64,000 nucleotides of DNA from the NCBI GenBank assembly GCA_963754925.1, contig CAVWHX010000003.1, positions 1 through 64,000 of the forward strand, given 5' to 3'. Positions 61,401 through 64,000 of the stretch are shown piece after piece. The position numbers were made by a program, and so were the translations under genes. The notes under the pieces are model-generated. The model saw only the letters and a program-made list of their open reading frames with translations. It was not told the DNA's origin and did no database searches. Numbering within the stretch: the stretch's first letter is position 1; each line of letters begins with the position of its first letter. Origin of the DNA: an uncultured delta proteobacterium. GTDB taxonomy: Bacteria > Myxococcota > B64-G9.

Positions 61401-61814
61401 TCACTCCAAGGACCGGTAACGGCTTGGCTCAAAGCTTGGGCTACAGACGCAAAAGAATACTAAATCATTCTTGCCAAGCGCCTTGATACGCTGGCGGGTT
61501 CCTGGGGGAATAATCACCAATTGGCCGGGATTGACCTTCTCGGGAGGACGCTCTCCGACTTCAACGGTGCCCTGGCCTGAAAAAATTATATATATTTCGG
61601 TTATTCCCTCTAGAAGATGCCACACCGTGGTCTCGCCTGGCTTTACTCGGGCACGGGCTATAGACAAACGCCCCTCTTCGGGCAATCCGATGGCCGGTAC
61701 TATTTGACAACGCTCGGGAGTTGGTGTTTCGTTCACCTCATACAAACTCAAAATCGTCGGACGAGAATACATGGAAACCGGTTCCTCGCTTTCCTTCGTT
61801 ATCTTGGTTACCAC
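61401..61814 (-). CDS. Cupin-domain protein
   Basis: WHLLEGITEIYII...IPPGTRQRI. Confidence 0.75.
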   Translation of the reverse strand: MVTKITKESEEPVSMYSRPTILSLYEVNETPTPERCQIVPAIGLPEEGRLSIARARVKPGETTVWHLLEGITEIYIIFSGQGTVEVGERPPEKVNPGQLVIIPPGTRQRIKALGKNDLVFFCVCSPSFEPSRYRSLE

Positions 61815-61936
61815 ATCTCTTCCGTGGAAAAAAGCTTTCCTGCGATCGGTACGATTTTTTGCAGAATTTCCTTGACCTCCGCCTTCAATTCACGTAGTGG
61901 TGTGCCGCTTTGTTTGATTGGTTTGGAGAATGTGCA

Positions 61937-64000
61937 GTGCCTACAGACATCAATAACATCAGAAACATCGGCATCTTCGCTCACATAGACAGCGGCAAAA
62001 CCACTCTGACCGAACGCATCTTATACTACACCGGGCGTATTCACGCGATCCACGAGGTTAAAGGCGCGGACGGCATCGGCGCAACCATGGATTCCATGGA
62101 GCTCGAGCGCGAGCGCGGGATTACCATTTCCAGTGCCGCCACCTATTGCCAATGGCTCGACCACCACATCAACGTCATCGACACACCCGGCCACGTCGAC
62201 TTTACCATCGAGGTCGAACGCTCCCTGCGCGTCCTCGACGGCGCGGTCCTGGTCCTGTGCGCGGTCGGCGGCGTACAAAGTCAATCGTTAACCGTCGATC
62301 GTCAGATGCGACGCTATAATGTTCCGCGCCTGGCCCTGATCAATAAATGCGATCGCACCGGCGCCAATCCGCTCAAGGTTCGCGATCAACTACGCGAAAA
62401 ACTCGGCACTAACCCGGTGCTGCTCCAATTGCCGCTCGGTATCGAGGACAAATTTGAGGGCATCATCGACCTGATCGAAATGCAGATCATTCGGTTTGGC
62501 GGGGCGTTGGGCAGTGATATCACCCGCGAACCAATATCGGCCGATTTACTGCACTCGGCCCAATCCGCCCGGGAAGAAATGCTCGATGCCGTTTCAATGT
62601 TCTCGGACGAGTTAACCGAGGCGATTCTGGAGGAGCGCCTCACCGCTTCGCTCATTCGCCAGGCAATACGCGCGGGCACCATTGCAAACCAGATCGTCCC
62701 CGTGCTCGTGGCTTCTGCTTACAAAAACAAAGCGGTCCAGCCCATCCTGGATGCAATTGTTTGGTATTTACCCAACCCGACCGAAGTCACTAACCAGGCT
62801 GTCGACATGAGTAAAAACGACGAGCCGATTATTCTCTCGAATGATCCAGACCAGCCGACCGTTGCGCTAGCGTTCAAGCTCGAGGACGGTCGCTACGGTC
62901 AACTAACCTACGTGCGCGTGTACCAAGGTTGTTTGCGACGCGATCAGACTATCTTCAACGTTCGCACCGGCAAGAAACACAAGATCGGCCGGTTGGTGCG
63001 CTTGCATGCGGATGAAATGGAGGACATCCAGGAAGCTTCCGCCGGCGACATCGTCGCCATGTTCGGCATCGACTGCGCCTCGGGAGATAGTTTTACCGAT
63101 GGATCGATCGAGGTCGCGATGACGTCCATTCATGTTCCCGACCCGGTCATCTCGCTGTCGATAAAACCAGTCGACGCCAAGTCCGAAATAAACATGTCCA
63201 AGGCGCTGCGGCGGTTCGTAAAGGAAGATCCCACGTTCCATACCCAGGTGGACGCCCAATCGGGCGAGACCATTATTCGCGGCATGGGCGAACTGCATCT
63301 CGATGTGTATGTCGAGCGGATGAAGCGCGAATACAACGCGCTCGTAACCACATCGGCACCGCAGGTGGCCTACCGCGAGACGGTCTCAAAGCACGCTGCC
63401 TTCGACTACACCCATAGAAACAAACCGGCGGGGCCGGGCAGTACGGACGCGTGATAGGCTCCATCGAGCCCTACCCCGACGGCGACTTTGAATTTGTCAA
63501 CAGCGTGGTGGGCGGAAACATCCCCCGGCAATTCATCGCTTCCGTTGAAAAAGGGTTTAAGTCAATCCTGGCGAAAGGCCTAAAGATCGGCTTTCCGGTC
63601 GTCAATGTGCGAGTTACGGTCAACGACGGCAACGCGCACGCGGTGGATTCCTCCGACATCGCGTTCCAGGAGGCAGCGCGCGGGGCGTGGCGAGATGCCT
63701 ATCTTCGCGCCGGTCCCCAGATCCTCGAACCCATCATGCGGGTGGTGGTTGAGGGGCCGCCTGAATTCTCAGGCGGGGTGTTGGGAACGCTCATGCAGCG
63801 CCGGGGGATGATTATCGGCTCACAAGAAGACACCGGCTGCACCCAAATCGAGGCCGAAGTGCCGCTTGCCGAGATGTTTGGCTACGCTACCGTGCTGCGC
63901 TCGGCTACGCAAGGTAAGGCCGAGTTCACCATGGAGTTCTCACGCTACCTACCGGTTCCAGACGCCGTTGAGGAAGAGCTCGTCAACAAGTTTCAGGAAA
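61937..64000 (+). CDS. fusA: Elongation factor G; frameshift ~63416; continues past the window end
   Basis: [23 protein letters not shown] and GMGELHL. One added A restores [12 protein letters not shown] and the domains IV-V frame. Confidence 0.92.

Noticed and set aside
63400..63454. Programmed frameshift or pseudogene in fusA
   Set aside because: A single missing A among many similar indels in the window makes sequencing error the simpler explanation.

Overview
A GC-rich bacterial chromosome segment with AT-richer islets. The gene content (myxobacterial-type Ser/Thr kinases, Cys-rich repeat lipoproteins, CbcL-like cytochrome, sigma54 elements) suggests Myxococcota or another deltaproteobacterial lineage; this is inference. 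Housekeeping genes include tatA/tatB, a Clp ATPase, feoB with a DtxR-FeoA regulator, pgm, cysM-cysS, dapF, murB and fusA. Accessory blocks are a GntR-controlled redox catabolic cluster (26.3-33.1 kb), a toxin-antitoxin/HEPN islet (34-36.4 kb) and an archaeal-type oligosaccharyltransferase operon (47.6-52.6 kb). The most striking locus (52.6-59.1 kb) holds a membrane Ser/Thr kinase whose reconstructed extracytoplasmic end is a single-heme c-type cytochrome domain. It lies between a DUF3373-like outer-membrane barrel and an 11-heme cytochrome c/cytochrome b fusion. A small covarying hairpin element occurs three times as single copies and once as a 5 x 54-bp tandem array. More than a dozen frameshifts, one in fusA, suggest unpolished long-read errors, so all reconstructed fusions need read-level confirmation. 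I recognised no rRNA, tRNA, CRISPR array or transposase.
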